Shown: piece after piece, positions 18,831 through 28,689 of the stretch | Layout: every line of letters starts with the position of its first letter | How positions within the stretch are numbered: position 1 is the stretch's first letter | Virus record (IMG/VR): IMGVR_UViG_3300023174_000046 | Location: 1 to 64,000 of that record | Length of the DNA stretch: 64,000 nucleotides | Reading direction: 5' to 3' (one strand) | Notes under the pieces: model-generated | The model's input: only the letters and a program-made list of their open reading frames with translations | What the model was told of the DNA's origin: nothing | The model's database searches: none | Position numbers and translations under genes: made by a program

Positions 18831-19169
18831 ATGAAAACTATACCTGTTACTTGTGTTATATCTGGAAAAAAAAATCTATTCAATATTGAGTATTTCAATA
18901 GTAAAGCTGTTAAATTTAACGGTAAAGACAATCTTCTCAAGTATTACATAACCTCGGATGTAAAGAAGTTGGTTGAAAAAGGTCTAAATGTTGCGGAGAT
19001 TCGTAAGATACTAGGGTCTTCTTCAGACATAGATGTGGATATTACATATTATAGCGATATCAAAAAACATAATAATATTGAAAATAGAATAAATAATTTC
19101 GTGCCTCTTTCAGTGTTTTCATGCTTTGAGACAGATGAAGAGGTAAAGAAATTTTTAAGCCTTATATGA
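18831..19169 (+). CDS. hypothetical protein
   Basis: 112-aa ORF after sigma70-like promoter. Confidence 0.65.
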   Translation: MKTIPVTCVISGKKNLFNIEYFNSKAVKFNGKDNLLKYYITSDVKKLVEKGLNVAEIRKILGSSSDIDVDITYYSDIKKHNNIENRINNFVPLSVFSCFETDEEVKKFLSLI

Positions 19170-19399
19170 CCAAAATTAAACAATATCTTGCTGTATTAGA
19201 TAGCGCTACAAAGCTGGCTATTATTGATGCAGAGAGCGGTATCAAGATCAATTACATTAATGTAGGTTATAATATTGTAAATGGCCCAATTATTACAGGT
19301 GATAGATGCACTATTATTATGCAAAAAACAGGCGGCACTAAGTTTGGTAGAATCTATAAATTGCCGTCCGGAGCATTACAGAATCAATTCCAGATATAA
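19166..19399 (+). CDS. hypothetical protein
   Basis: ATGA overlap with previous gene. Confidence 0.65.
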   Translation: MTKIKQYLAVLDSATKLAIIDAESGIKINYINVGYNIVNGPIITGDRCTIIMQKTGGTKFGRIYKLPSGALQNQFQI

Positions 19400-19410
19400 T
19401 AAATAAATAT

Positions 19411-19815
19411 GTGGATAATATTCAGGGTTCTATAGATCCCCTTCGAAACGATATAAGAAGGATCGAGATGGAGGTAAACGAGTTATACAAAACAGTTTAC
19501 AAAGGTAACGGTACCCCATCGCTTATTTCACAAGCTCTAAGCTTAGAAGGCAGAATTAAGAGTGTAGAAAATAATTTAAATCAAAAGCTTGACAGCATGC
19601 ATAAGGAGATGAACCTACAGTTAATAAACATAACTTCAGTCGTGAACGAAAAATTTACAAATTTATCACATCAAATTACTAATGAATTTGAGCATAAAAA
19701 AATTAAAATGGAAGGGTCGTGGAAGATAAAAGTAGCAATTATTTCTTCTGTGTGCGCCTTGTTGGCGTCTTTCCTACCAGCAGTGTTAAGTTTTTTATCA
19801 AAACTGCCTAGATAA
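19411..19815 (+). CDS. coiled-coil protein with C-terminal membrane anchor
   Basis: heptad-rich body, C-terminal VAIISSVCALLASFLPAVLSFL. Confidence 0.65.
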   Translation: MDNIQGSIDPLRNDIRRIEMEVNELYKTVYKGNGTPSLISQALSLEGRIKSVENNLNQKLDSMHKEMNLQLINITSVVNEKFTNLSHQITNEFEHKKIKMEGSWKIKVAIISSVCALLASFLPAVLSFLSKLPR

Positions 19816-19852
19816 CCTGTTGATATATCTTATCCGTAACTATAATAGGGTT

Positions 19853-20413
19853 ATGGTAAATGTACTTGAAAGTGCGAGCAAAGCTTTATCGATAGATAAA
19901 TTTGTTGCTCTGGATAAAGTTGATACCGGTTCTTTGTTTTATGGTATCATACTCCGGAGCGAGTTCGATATCGAGCGTATTGACATAAACAAAAAATATT
20001 TACCTAAACAATTTTATGCTATTGCTAAAACCGAAAAAGATTATGGCATAGTTTATCTATATGGATCTTTTTTAAAAATTAAAAACAAATATAAAGACCT
20101 TCTTACTAATTTAGATTCTTTTTATCATTTGCCGAAAACTCATACAGAAGCAAATTACAAAAAAATACTTTCTATTTATGGCTTGAGTTGTGATGAAACA
20201 TATAGATTTTTTTCGCAAGGAATTTATCCGATGGATTCGGAATGTAGAGAAAATATTTTTCATGAAAAAATTAACTTTAATGACTATTTTAAAGGTAATA
20301 GTGAATATCCTTTTTTTCTCACCATTGTTTCACCGGTTATTTTTTATTTTTCGAACGTAGAACAAAATATTTTAGATTTTAAAAATTATCTTCAGTCAAA
20401 CACAAGACTGTAA
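19853..20413 (+). CDS. hypothetical protein
   Basis: TATAAT-N6-ATG 19853, in frame with track ORF. Confidence 0.65.
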   Translation: MVNVLESASKALSIDKFVALDKVDTGSLFYGIILRSEFDIERIDINKKYLPKQFYAIAKTEKDYGIVYLYGSFLKIKNKYKDLLTNLDSFYHLPKTHTEANYKKILSIYGLSCDETYRFFSQGIYPMDSECRENIFHEKINFNDYFKGNSEYPFFLTIVSPVIFYFSNVEQNILDFKNYLQSNTRL

Positions 20414-20440
20414 GCTTACATCTATTAAATACTTTATTAT

Positions 20441-22693
20441 ATGAAAGTAGTAAAACGTGATGGGTCTCTTGCAAATTTTGACATAGAAAAAATTAATAAA
20501 GTAATAAGTTGGGCGGTAGAAGATATTCAAGGGGTAAGTCTTTCGGAAGTTGAGATCAACGCAAAATTAAATTTAATTGAAAATATTCCTACAAAAGAAA
20601 TTCATAAAGTATTAATTGAATCAGCTGCAAACTTAATTTCGCTCGACAAACCAAACTACCAATATGTTGCAAGCCGACTTTTGAACTATAGTTTAAGAAA
20701 AGATGTTTGGGGCGGCAGACATGCTCCAAGATTACTCGATGTTATCAAGAATGGGATCAAGAATAAGATCTATGACGCTGTCATTCTCGAGAAATATACT
20801 GAAGAAGAGTTAAACAAAATTGGTGAGCATATTGATCACGACAGAGATTTTATATTTACGTATGCGGGTATTAAGCAGCTTTGTGACAAGTATCTTATTA
20901 AAAATAGAGTTACAGATGTAATTTACGAGACACCACAATTTGCATACATTTTAATCGCAGCATATTCTTTTATTAATTATTCAAAAGATATTAGACTCGA
21001 ATATGTGAGACGTTTTTACAATGCTATATCAAAGCATAAAATAAATCTACCTACACCAATTATGGCTGGTGTTCGAACTAATTCGCGAAGTTATGCTAGC
21101 TGTTGTTTGATTGGTGTTGATGATAATAAGGAGTCTATCACTGCATCTGGAACGGCTATTTCTATTGCTACAGCAAGTCGTTGTGGCATTGGCATTGATG
21201 TATCTAGAATCCGTGCCATTGGTGCACCGGTTAAAAACGGTGAAGTAGTTCATACAGGTGTTATCCCATTCTTGAAAATTTACGAGGCATCTGTTAAAGC
21301 GTGGCAACAGAACGGACTTCGAGGTGGTTCTGCTACTACGAATGTTCAGTGGTGGCATTATGAAATAGAGGATATTGTTGTTCTTAAGAACAACGCAGGG
21401 ACCGATGATAATAGAGTGAGAAAACTTGATTACACAGTAGGTATGTCGAAGTTATTCTACGATAGAGTTATTAGGAATGAGAATGTAACGCTTTTTAGTC
21501 CTCATGAAGTACCGCATCTATTTGAAGCATGGGGCACTTCAAAATTTAACAAGGTATATGAAGAGTGTGAGAATGATAGGAAAATAAAGATGAAGAAGCG
21601 AGTATCGGCTCGTAAATTGTTTTCACTTATTGTTAAGGAGCGCGTAGAGACAGGCCGAATCTATATTCTTAATGTTGATAGTGCAAATGATCATGGTGCC
21701 TGGTTAGATAAGGTTACAATGAGTAATCTTTGTACTGAAGTAATTCACCCCACAGTCCCTTTGAAAGATTTCCATGATTCAGAAGCTGAGATTGGCATGT
21801 GTATTCTCTCTGCTATTAATATGCTAGAGATTAAAGACTGGAAAGACCTAGAAAAAACATGTGACCTTATAGTTCGCTTCCTCGACGAGATTATTGATGT
21901 CCAAGATTACTTTAATAAAGCGGCAGAAAACTTTGCTAAGAAGCGTAGAAGTCTTGGCATTGGTATCACCAATCTAGCTGCATTTTTAGCAAAGAACGAA
22001 GTCTCGTATAATTCAAAAGCTGCGCTTAGTTTGCTCGATGAATGGATGGAATATTTTCAATACTATCTCTTGAAGTCTAGCTTAAATCTCGCAAAAGAAA
22101 AAGGTAAATGTGAGAAATTTGATTGCACAAAATACTCGAAGGGTATTTTGCCTATTGATACATATAAAGATAAAGTTGATGAGCTTGTCAAGCGTAAGCT
22201 TGCTCTTGACTGGGAGAGCTTAAGAGAAGAGATAAAAAAGCATGGACTCAGACACTCTACATTGTCGAGTTGTATGCCTTGTGAATCAAGCTCTGTTATA
22301 CAATCATCTACAAACGGTGTTGAGCCTATTAGATCATTAATAACATATAAAACATCTAAAATGGGTAAACTACCTGTGCTTGTCCCTGGCGCTGGTAAAT
22401 ATAGCAGTTATTATGAATTAGCATATAACTTTCAAGATAATACAGGAATTATTAATGTTAATGCTGTTATTCAGAAATATATTGATATGGCTATCTCGAC
22501 CAATCTTTATTATAACTATAGCCATTACCCGAATAACATTTTACCGGATAGTAAAGTAATGAAAGAGTTAATGTACGCATATAGTGTTGGGTTGATTAGT
22601 CTCTATTATAATAATACAGATGATGGTGATAAAGAACAATCGATGACTAAGGAGAAAGAGATGGATTGTTCTAGTGGAGCCTGCAAGTTATAA
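20441..22693 (+). CDS. nrdA: class Ia ribonucleotide reductase alpha subunit
   Basis: ATP-cone VVKRDG, PTPIMAG, ASCCL, SNLCTE, C-terminal CSSGAC. Confidence 0.97.
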   Translation: MKVVKRDGSLANFDIEKINKVISWAVEDIQGVSLSEVEINAKLNLIENIPTKEIHKVLIESAANLISLDKPNYQYVASRLLNYSLRKDVWGGRHAPRLLDVIKNGIKNKIYDAVILEKYTEEELNKIGEHIDHDRDFIFTYAGIKQLCDKYLIKNRVTDVIYETPQFAYILIAAYSFINYSKDIRLEYVRRFYNAISKHKINLPTPIMAGVRTNSRSYASCCLIGVDDNKESITASGTAISIATASRCGIGIDVSRIRAIGAPVKNGEVVHTGVIPFLKIYEASVKAWQQNGLRGGSATTNVQWWHYEIEDIVVLKNNAGTDDNRVRKLDYTVGMSKLFYDRVIRNENVTLFSPHEVPHLFEAWGTSKFNKVYEECENDRKIKMKKRVSARKLFSLIVKERVETGRIYILNVDSANDHGAWLDKVTMSNLCTEVIHPTVPLKDFHDSEAEIGMCILSAINMLEIKDWKDLEKTCDLIVRFLDEIIDVQDYFNKAAENFAKKRRSLGIGITNLAAFLAKNEVSYNSKAALSLLDEWMEYFQYYLLKSSLNLAKEKGKCEKFDCTKYSKGILPIDTYKDKVDELVKRKLALDWESLREEIKKHGLRHSTLSSCMPCESSSVIQSSTNGVEPIRSLITYKTSKMGKLPVLVPGAGKYSSYYELAYNFQDNTGIINVNAVIQKYIDMAISTNLYYNYSHYPNNILPDSKVMKELMYAYSVGLISLYYNNTDDGDKEQSMTKEKEMDCSSGACKL

Positions 22694-22709
22694 ATATATA
22701 ATATACCCT

Positions 22710-23774
22710 ATGAAATCTGTTCTTAATATTAAGAATATAGACCATACCAAACAGCCGTTGTTTTTTGGTGAGGATCTAAATTTACAGCGTTATGATAAAT
22801 TTAAGTATCCAGTCTTTTTTGAATTATTTAAAAAACAAGAAGAATTTTTTTGGTGGCCACACGAAATAAGCCTTCAGAAAGACAGAAGTGATTATAAAGA
22901 GCTCACAAAAGAAGAGCGTTTTGTTTTTGATACTAATCTAAGATTTCAAACGCTTGGTGATAGTATGCTATCAAGATCAATTCACTCTTTGAGAGAGTAC
23001 GTGACAAATCCTGAACTTGAAATTTGCATGAATACCTGGGCAAGATTTGAAGGCATTCACAGTTATTCGTACTCATATCTTCTTAATAATGTACACCCGG
23101 ATGCATCAGGATTTTTTGATAGTATAATGGAGGATAAAGAGATTGTAAGCAGAGCTGAATTTATTAGAGGGCGATTTGATAAAATTTTAGGCAGCGACGA
23201 GAAAAAGGACTTAAAAGAAAAAGTATTTGATTGTATACTCTCTATAAACTGTATGGAAGGGTTAATATTTTATGTTTCCTTTGCGTGTTCTTTTTATTTC
23301 GGATACAGAGGTAAAATGGAAGGCAATTCTAAGATTATTAAGTTTATTCAAAGAGATGAAGCGCTGCATTTTGCAATTACTCAAAATTTAATTAAGACTC
23401 TTCGTGATGATGATAGGGAAGGGTTTACTACATTAGTAAAGAAAAGTGAAGACAAGATATATGCATTTTATGAGCAAGCTGCAAAGAATGAGATAGAATG
23501 GGCTCAGTACTTGTTCAGTAAAGGGTCTCTGCTCGGGCTAAATGCTGATGTACTCGGTGGGTATGCGCGGTGGTTATGCGACACGAGACTTCGTTCGCTT
23601 GGTTATAAGAAAATCTTTAATGAGAAGAGCAATCCAATTGCAGGTTGGTTAGATAGTTATTTAGATAGTAGCAAAGTTCAGGTTGCTCCCCAAGAGACAG
23701 AAATTAGTGCTTATAAGATTGGTGCACGTGATACAAACTTATCTGAAGATACATTTGAAGATATTAAGCTATAA
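22710..23774 (+). CDS. nrdB: class Ia ribonucleotide reductase beta subunit
   Basis: FFWWPHE, D...EGIHSYSY (Tyr radical), EG, RDEALH, VAPQETEI. Confidence 0.97.
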   Translation: MKSVLNIKNIDHTKQPLFFGEDLNLQRYDKFKYPVFFELFKKQEEFFWWPHEISLQKDRSDYKELTKEERFVFDTNLRFQTLGDSMLSRSIHSLREYVTNPELEICMNTWARFEGIHSYSYSYLLNNVHPDASGFFDSIMEDKEIVSRAEFIRGRFDKILGSDEKKDLKEKVFDCILSINCMEGLIFYVSFACSFYFGYRGKMEGNSKIIKFIQRDEALHFAITQNLIKTLRDDDREGFTTLVKKSEDKIYAFYEQAAKNEIEWAQYLFSKGSLLGLNADVLGGYARWLCDTRLRSLGYKKIFNEKSNPIAGWLDSYLDSSKVQVAPQETEISAYKIGARDTNLSEDTFEDIKL

Positions 23775-24010
23775 TGTTTTATAATTATTTTCTCAAGACG
23801 TTAACTGAAGAAGAGTATAGCGTACTGTATCTTATCGCTTTCAACGCAATTGTAAGGGCTAGCAATTATGAGCCCGGACCTGAAGCAGTTCCAATGCTAC
23901 GGGTTAACGAAACACTCAAACAAATTGACAAGCTCAAAAAGAAAGCAACAGAAGAGGGGTCGCTTATTCTGGAATCATTAATAAAAAAAATTCAGGAATA
24001 CAATGCCTAG
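23774..24010 (+). CDS. hypothetical protein
   Basis: TAATG coupling to nrdB. Confidence 0.65.
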   Translation: MFYNYFLKTLTEEEYSVLYLIAFNAIVRASNYEPGPEAVPMLRVNETLKQIDKLKKKATEEGSLILESLIKKIQEYNA

Positions 24011-24413
24011 TCAATTAAAATTGGATCAAAAGTATCTTGACATAGCTAAAAGCTGGAGCGAGCTTAGTAAAGCCAAGAGAATGAAGGTTGGGTGTATTAT
24101 TGTTAGAGACAATCAAATCATCAGTGATGGTTACAACGGTACACCCAGTGGGTTTGATAATAGTTGTGAAGATGAAGAATTTCTCACAAAACCAGAAGTA
24201 CTGCATGCTGAGAGCAATGCACTTATGAAGCTGGCTGTAGGTACACAGTCAAGTAAAAATGCTACTGTGTATATTACACTATCACCATGCTTTGAATGTT
24301 CTAAGTTAATTATTCAAGCTCAAGTCAAAAGAGTAGTTTTTTCAGAATTGTATCGTCTAAATTCAGGCATTAAGCTTTTGAGAAAAGCGGGCATTGCTGT
24401 GGATCAAATATAA
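24003..24413 (+). CDS. dCMP deaminase
   Basis: GYNGTPSG, HAESNA, PCFEC. Confidence 0.93.
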   Translation: MPSQLKLDQKYLDIAKSWSELSKAKRMKVGCIIVRDNQIISDGYNGTPSGFDNSCEDEEFLTKPEVLHAESNALMKLAVGTQSSKNATVYITLSPCFECSKLIIQAQVKRVVFSELYRLNSGIKLLRKAGIAVDQI

Positions 24414-24421
24414 ATAAAGAT

Positions 24422-24784
24422 ATGATAAGTGTTATCTCGCCACTTTTGAGAATACAGAATCAACTCCGTATTTTTCATTGGCAAACAACTAGCTACGCTG
24501 AGCACAAGGCTTTTGGCAAAGCATATGAAAATCTAGATGGGTTAATTGATAGTTTTGTAGAAGCTTTTTTTGGTAAGTATGGCAGAAACAAAGCAAAGTT
24601 GTCGTATAGTATTGAGCTTAAGAACTATGAAGGTGATGCCATTTCTTTTATAGATAATAGTTATGATTTTTTAAGAAATTTTAATTCTGAATTTAGCCCT
24701 GAAAGTGATTCTGAATTACTTAATATTCGCGATGAGATGCTCTCAGAGCTCGATACGCTCAAATATTTATTGACCTTAAAATAA
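24422..24784 (+). CDS. ferritin/Dps-like four-helix protein (DUF5856-like)
   Basis: IFHWQT.SYAEHKAF..YE.L..LID.FVE...LKYLLTL. Confidence 0.75.
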   Translation: MISVISPLLRIQNQLRIFHWQTTSYAEHKAFGKAYENLDGLIDSFVEAFFGKYGRNKAKLSYSIELKNYEGDAISFIDNSYDFLRNFNSEFSPESDSELLNIRDEMLSELDTLKYLLTLK

Positions 24785-25053
24785 TGACACACGAACAATT
24801 ATTAAAAATTGTTAAAACATTTCCTGAGGATTACTCACCTTGGGGCAATTTAGACCGCTTTAAGAACGAGGATGTATACTACCCAGACTGTTCTTGTGGT
24901 TGCAAGCATTTTAAACCGTTGGCGGGTAAATTAGGATGTGATTGGGGTGTTTGTGGTAACCCTGAGAGCCATCGATGCGGTCTTCTTACCTTTGAGCATC
25001 AAGGTTGTCGGGAATTTGTAGTTGATGATTCGCCAGAAGCCCCTACAATATAA
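24784..25053 (+). CDS. Cys-rich metal-binding protein (DUF3027-like)
   Basis: CSCGC...PLAG.LG.DWGVC.N..S...G....EHQGC. Confidence 0.7.
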   Translation: MTHEQLLKIVKTFPEDYSPWGNLDRFKNEDVYYPDCSCGCKHFKPLAGKLGCDWGVCGNPESHRCGLLTFEHQGCREFVVDDSPEAPTI

Positions 25054-25058
25054 CTCAA

Positions 25059-25130
25059 GCCGGAGTAGCTCAGAGGTAGAGCAGCGGTTTTGTAAACCGC
25101 TGGTCGTCGGTTCGATTCCGACCTTCGGCT
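25059..25130 (+). tRNA. tRNA-Thr(TGT)
   Basis: cloverleaf; gcggt-TT TGT AA-accgc; GGTTCGATTCC. Confidence 0.93.
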
Positions 25131-25139
25131 CGTAAAAAA

Positions 25140-25757
25140 ATGAACTATCTTGAAACACACTGTGTATTGAAGTTAAACAAAAATTGGCAACCGTTTATTA
25201 TTGATACAGGTATTGAAGCTTTGGTTAACCTGTTCAAAGGTACAGTTAAAGCAGTGAACATTGAATATGATAAAGACGGTAACCCCAATAATTTTGAACC
25301 CATGGAATGGAGCAAATGGATTAAACTGCCTGTTACAAGTGAGCATTTTTCTGTGAATACTGTAAAAGGTAAGATTCGAGTTCCGAGTGTTGTTGTTTGT
25401 GAGAACTACAACAAAATACCTGTTAAAAAGAAGAAACTTAGCAAACAAACTCTTTTTGAACGCGATAGAGGCATATGTCAGTATTCAGGCAAGAAGCTTA
25501 CATACAGAACTGCTACTATTGATCATGTTATGCCTAAATCTAAAGGTGGTGCTCATGCATGGGAAAATGTAGTATTAGCACACCATGAAGTGAATCATAA
25601 GAAGGGCAACTTGACTCTTGAAGAAGCAGGTCTCAAGTTACTCAAGAAACCTTTTGAACCAAGACCAGTACCCACACCGTTTCTTATTAAAAACGAAAGA
25701 AAAATTAAAGATTGGAACTATTTTTTAGTGTCCAATTCTAATGTGGTGCTAGAATAA
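25140..25757 (+). CDS. HNH endonuclease (McrA-like)
   Basis: LFERDRGICQY, TIDHVMPKSKGG..WEN.V....VNHKKGN. Confidence 0.9.
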   Translation: MNYLETHCVLKLNKNWQPFIIDTGIEALVNLFKGTVKAVNIEYDKDGNPNNFEPMEWSKWIKLPVTSEHFSVNTVKGKIRVPSVVVCENYNKIPVKKKKLSKQTLFERDRGICQYSGKKLTYRTATIDHVMPKSKGGAHAWENVVLAHHEVNHKKGNLTLEEAGLKLLKKPFEPRPVPTPFLIKNERKIKDWNYFLVSNSNVVLE

Positions 25758-25765
25758 ATAATTTA

Positions 25766-26023
25766 ATGGCTATACAATTTGTAACTGTAGATAATATACA
25801 GACTAGAATAATGCAGTCTTTTGTTAATTTAACAAAAGCAGAACCCACAAAATACCCCGCTTTATCTACTATTCAAGTATCAACACCTGAAAATTTACAA
25901 CCTTTTCCAGTTGGTAATACTAATGTACCGCCATTGACAGTTGTTCAAATTTACGATCAATTTGCATTCAGAGTTGCAAGTCTTTCTGCTGGTAGCCTTC
26001 AATCGGTGTTATTAGGCGCTTAA
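25766..26023 (+). CDS. hypothetical late protein
   Basis: TAAATA-N5-ATG. Confidence 0.6.
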   Translation: MAIQFVTVDNIQTRIMQSFVNLTKAEPTKYPALSTIQVSTPENLQPFPVGNTNVPPLTVVQIYDQFAFRVASLSAGSLQSVLLGA

Positions 26024-26028
26024 TACAA

Positions 26029-26079
26029 TTGCATTATTCTTAATATCTTTTAATATACTTGACGTGTAGTTCTTTATCA
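26029..26079 (+). promoter_or_regulatory. tRNA operon promoter plus boxA-like element
   Basis: TTGCAT-N16-TAATAT; AGTTCTTTATCA at 26068-26079. Confidence 0.6.
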
Positions 26080-26084
26080 TTTTA

Positions 26085-26155
26085 GCGGTATTAGTTTAGT
26101 GGTAGAACTGGTGCTTGCCAAGCATCGAGTGACAGTTCGATTCTGTCATACCGCA
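26085..26155 (+). tRNA. tRNA-Gly(GCC)
   Basis: gcggtat/ataccgc acceptor; ggtgc-TT GCC AA-gcatc. Confidence 0.9.
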
Positions 26156-26158
26156 GTG

Positions 26159-26246
26159 GGACAGGTGGCAGAGTTGGTCTATTGCATCTGACTTGAAATC
26201 AGAAGTACCAGCAATGGTACCGTGGGTTCGAATCCTACCCTGTCCG
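26159..26246 (+). tRNA. tRNA-Ser(TGA)
   Basis: tctga-CT TGA AA-tcaga; long variable arm. Confidence 0.93.
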
Positions 26247-26254
26247 AGTTTTTA

Positions 26255-26328
26255 GGTCTGTTAGCTCAATTGGTCAGAGCACCGCCCTGTCACGGCGGGG
26301 GTTGTGGGTTCGAGCCCCATACGGACCG
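26255..26328 (+). tRNA. tRNA-Asp(GTC)
   Basis: ccgcc-CT GTC AC-ggcgg. Confidence 0.93.
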
Positions 26329-26331
26329 TTT

Positions 26332-26404
26332 TGCCAGGTGGTGCAATTGGTAGCACAGCAGACTTTGGATCTGCGTGTTCTAGGTTCGAGTCCTAGCCTG
26401 GCAG
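26332..26404 (+). tRNA. tRNA-Gln(TTG)
   Basis: gcaga-CT TTG GA-tctgc. Confidence 0.92.
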
Positions 26405-26447
26405 TTTTTTCTTGTTATTGTAAGAAGTTCTTGTATAATTATACAAT

Positions 26448-26522
26448 AGGCGATTAGCTCAGTGGTAGAGCTTCTCCTTTACACGGAGGGGGTCGGGGGT
26501 TCGAATCCCTCATCGCCTACCA
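26448..26522 (+). tRNA. tRNA-Val(TAC)
   Basis: tctcc-TT TAC AC-ggagg; encoded CCA; own TTGTTA-N16-TATAAT promoter. Confidence 0.93.
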
Positions 26523-26533
26523 TTTTTTTTATT

Positions 26534-26605
26534 GGCCTTGTCGTCTAAGGGTTAGGATAAGCGACTTTCACTCGCTTGATACGGGTTCGAATCCCGTCGG
26601 GGCTA
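26534..26605 (+). tRNA. tRNA-Glu(TTC)
   Basis: agcga-CT TTC AC-tcgct; acceptor stem has three G-U pairs. Confidence 0.88.
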
Positions 26606-26824
26606 TTATTTCTTAGTTTTTAGCTCTTCAACTGGAGTTCTAAGTTCACCAATTTGTTTGAAGTTCAATTCACGCCCATTTGTATCACAGACTGCTTGTC
26701 CATCTACATACCCAATCATGCGATTTCCTTGTTGAACTGGCATTACTCTCTTATCACCAAGATAGCGGTAGCGATGAATACAATTTTTATGACCCGGTTT
26801 AGATGATACTTTAGCAGCTCCCAT
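26606..26824 (-). CDS. hypothetical protein antisense within the tRNA cluster
   Basis: ORF fills the gap between tRNA-Glu and tRNA-Asn. Confidence 0.55.
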   Translation of the reverse strand: MGAAKVSSKPGHKNCIHRYRYLGDKRVMPVQQGNRMIGYVDGQAVCDTNGRELNFKQIGELRTPVEELKTKK

Positions 26825-26896
26825 ATACAATATATATTTGTAATAATTTAAATTCCACTTGAAATGTTTAATAAATCCTATATCATTGTAAATAAT

Positions 26897-26971
26897 TGCT
26901 CGGTAGCTCAGCGGTAGAGCGGTGCACTGTTAATGCATTGGTCGTAGGTTCGATCCCTACTCGAGCAGCCA
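26897..26971 (+). tRNA. tRNA-Asn(GTT)
   Basis: gtgca-CT GTT AA-tgcat; encoded CCA. Confidence 0.93.
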
Positions 26972-26976
26972 ATTTT

Positions 26977-27429
26977 TTAACTGGTTATATAGGGTTTGTT
27001 TTTAAGATCTAAAACATAATCACTACAAATACCTAGACAATCTGAAATAACGTGAGGGTACTTTTCAGGCAACACATCAATGCTTTGTTTAATTTTATCT
27101 TCGCTTGGAAAAGCCCATATATAGTTTTTACTTGTTAGTGTTAACTTGTCTTGTTCATGCCAGAAATAGTGTATATCTTTATTCTGTAACTCAACCACAG
27201 CTTGAGTGTTTTTGCAGTGAACCCAAAGCCGTCCTCTTCTCTCATATAACCAATTGTAGTTTATTATGTATTGAGGGTAATCGTGTCCTAGGAACCATTG
27301 TGCCTCTTTAAACCATAAATCTATTTCAGCATCAAAACCTAAACTTAGTGCACTATCAATATAGTTGGGAGAATTTTCCTGAGCAACATTTACCCCGTTA
27401 ATATTGCCTCTATGTGATATTACTATCAT
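26977..27429 (-). CDS. GDPD/PLC-like phosphodiesterase domain protein
   Basis: ISHRGN...ENSP.YI..AL..GFDAEIDLW...LGHD...WVHCKN. Confidence 0.75.
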   Translation of the reverse strand: MIVISHRGNINGVNVAQENSPNYIDSALSLGFDAEIDLWFKEAQWFLGHDYPQYIINYNWLYERRGRLWVHCKNTQAVVELQNKDIHYFWHEQDKLTLTSKNYIWAFPSEDKIKQSIDVLPEKYPHVISDCLGICSDYVLDLKNKPYITS

Positions 27430-28118
27430 TTTTTATAAAAATCAGCTTCTGATATATATGAACCATAATATTTATCCCAAAGATATTTGTGGTAATTTTC
27501 ATTAAGATTGCTTGTGCTTATCTCTTGTAAATTAGATGGAGTTACAAACATCCACTTTAAACTATCATTTGATCGATATGAAAAGAAATCTTGCACCGTA
27601 CTGTTATATTTTTTATCAAAAATATTTTTTAGATTTATCATTCCATCATAATTATATACCCAGTCTTTACTTTCCCATATAGAAATTAAAAAATCAACAT
27701 CACCATACATAAACAGATCACCAATTAAATGGTTTAAATTTGTTTGAGCTGTAATTAGACATTTCTTATTTTCTTTATTAATTATATTTTCACAATATTC
27801 AAATATATTATCATGTGACGAGAATGAGTCTAAGCGCATTTTTAGAATATTTTTTGCACCTAATTCTTTTGCGAGAATTAAACTATTTCTTACACATACA
27901 GGGTGACCAAAACCTATTTCAGAGGGCATAAACGGATACCACAGTATCCTATCAGCTTTTATAGAATCTTTAATACTATCAATACCGTGTCCAGCAACGA
28001 TAACTGTTAAATCACTATATTTTTGTTTAAAGTAGTCTACAACAAAATTAAAGATATTAACTTTGTCTTTCTCAGATTCATCTCTAACAAAACAATGACT
28101 TAATATCAGGTATTTCAT
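27426..28118 (-). CDS. putative glycosyltransferase-like protein
   Basis: operon context; KMRLD and IGDLFMYG motifs. Confidence 0.45.
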   Translation of the reverse strand: MKYLILSHCFVRDESEKDKVNIFNFVVDYFKQKYSDLTVIVAGHGIDSIKDSIKADRILWYPFMPSEIGFGHPVCVRNSLILAKELGAKNILKMRLDSFSSHDNIFEYCENIINKENKKCLITAQTNLNHLIGDLFMYGDVDFLISIWESKDWVYNYDGMINLKNIFDKKYNSTVQDFFSYRSNDSLKWMFVTPSNLQEISTSNLNENYHKYLWDKYYGSYISEADFYKK

Positions 28119-28689
28119 AGTTAAATAATTCAAAATCTTTTTTATAAAAATCTATAATAATTTCTAACGACAACGGTGTAAACCATTTTTTTAAATTCTT
28201 ATCTGTATTAGTTTGCCTCATGCGCATAGTATAGTCCAATTTCAAATCCAATTTTTCATTTATTTTTTGACAAGATTCGTTAAAGTTTTCATATCTATAT
28301 ATACAGTCAGCGATGCATGCATCATTTTCATAAAAAAAGCTATATTGGGGTACAAAATGAATTTCTGCGCATAAAGAAGTTTTATTGAAATTTAAACAAA
28401 ATAATTCAATATCTGAAAACTGCAAAGCTTCTTTTGACCATGTTATAATATGCCCGGGATCTGTTATAGCATCAACATATGTAGAAATAAATCTATCTAA
28501 TGGATTTCTTGTAAAGCCAAATTTAAAATAATCTTTATGTGTTTTTGTCTCAGGAATTTTCGAAAGTGGTGCGTGGTAAATATTTGGTAACTGCCCTAGT
28601 GTGGAATGATCTAGCTGCGTCATTATTGTAGTTGAACCAGTTTTTGGAACAGAAGTGAATATAAATTTTTTGTCGTGATTAACAATCAT
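28084..28689 (-). CDS. sulfotransferase family 2 protein
   Basis: PKTGSTT 5'-PSB loop, RNPLDRFIS 3'-PB motif, HFVPQ, YKKDFELFNY. Confidence 0.85.
   Translation of the reverse strand: MIVNHDKKFIFTSVPKTGSTTIMTQLDHSTLGQLPNIYHAPLSKIPETKTHKDYFKFGFTRNPLDRFISTYVDAITDPGHIITWSKEALQFSDIELFCLNFNKTSLCAEIHFVPQYSFFYENDACIADCIYRYENFNESCQKINEKLDLKLDYTMRMRQTNTDKNLKKWFTPLSLEIIIDFYKKDFELFNYEIPDIKSLFC

Noticed and set aside
20441-23774. Introns or inteins in nrdA/nrdB
   Set aside because: Both are uninterrupted and of normal length, with no intein motifs.
24931-25158. ORFs overlapping tRNA genes (also 31551..31748 and 31714..32031, and the 5' part of 35388..35651)
   Set aside because: They coincide with clear tRNA or tmRNA structures and are spurious.
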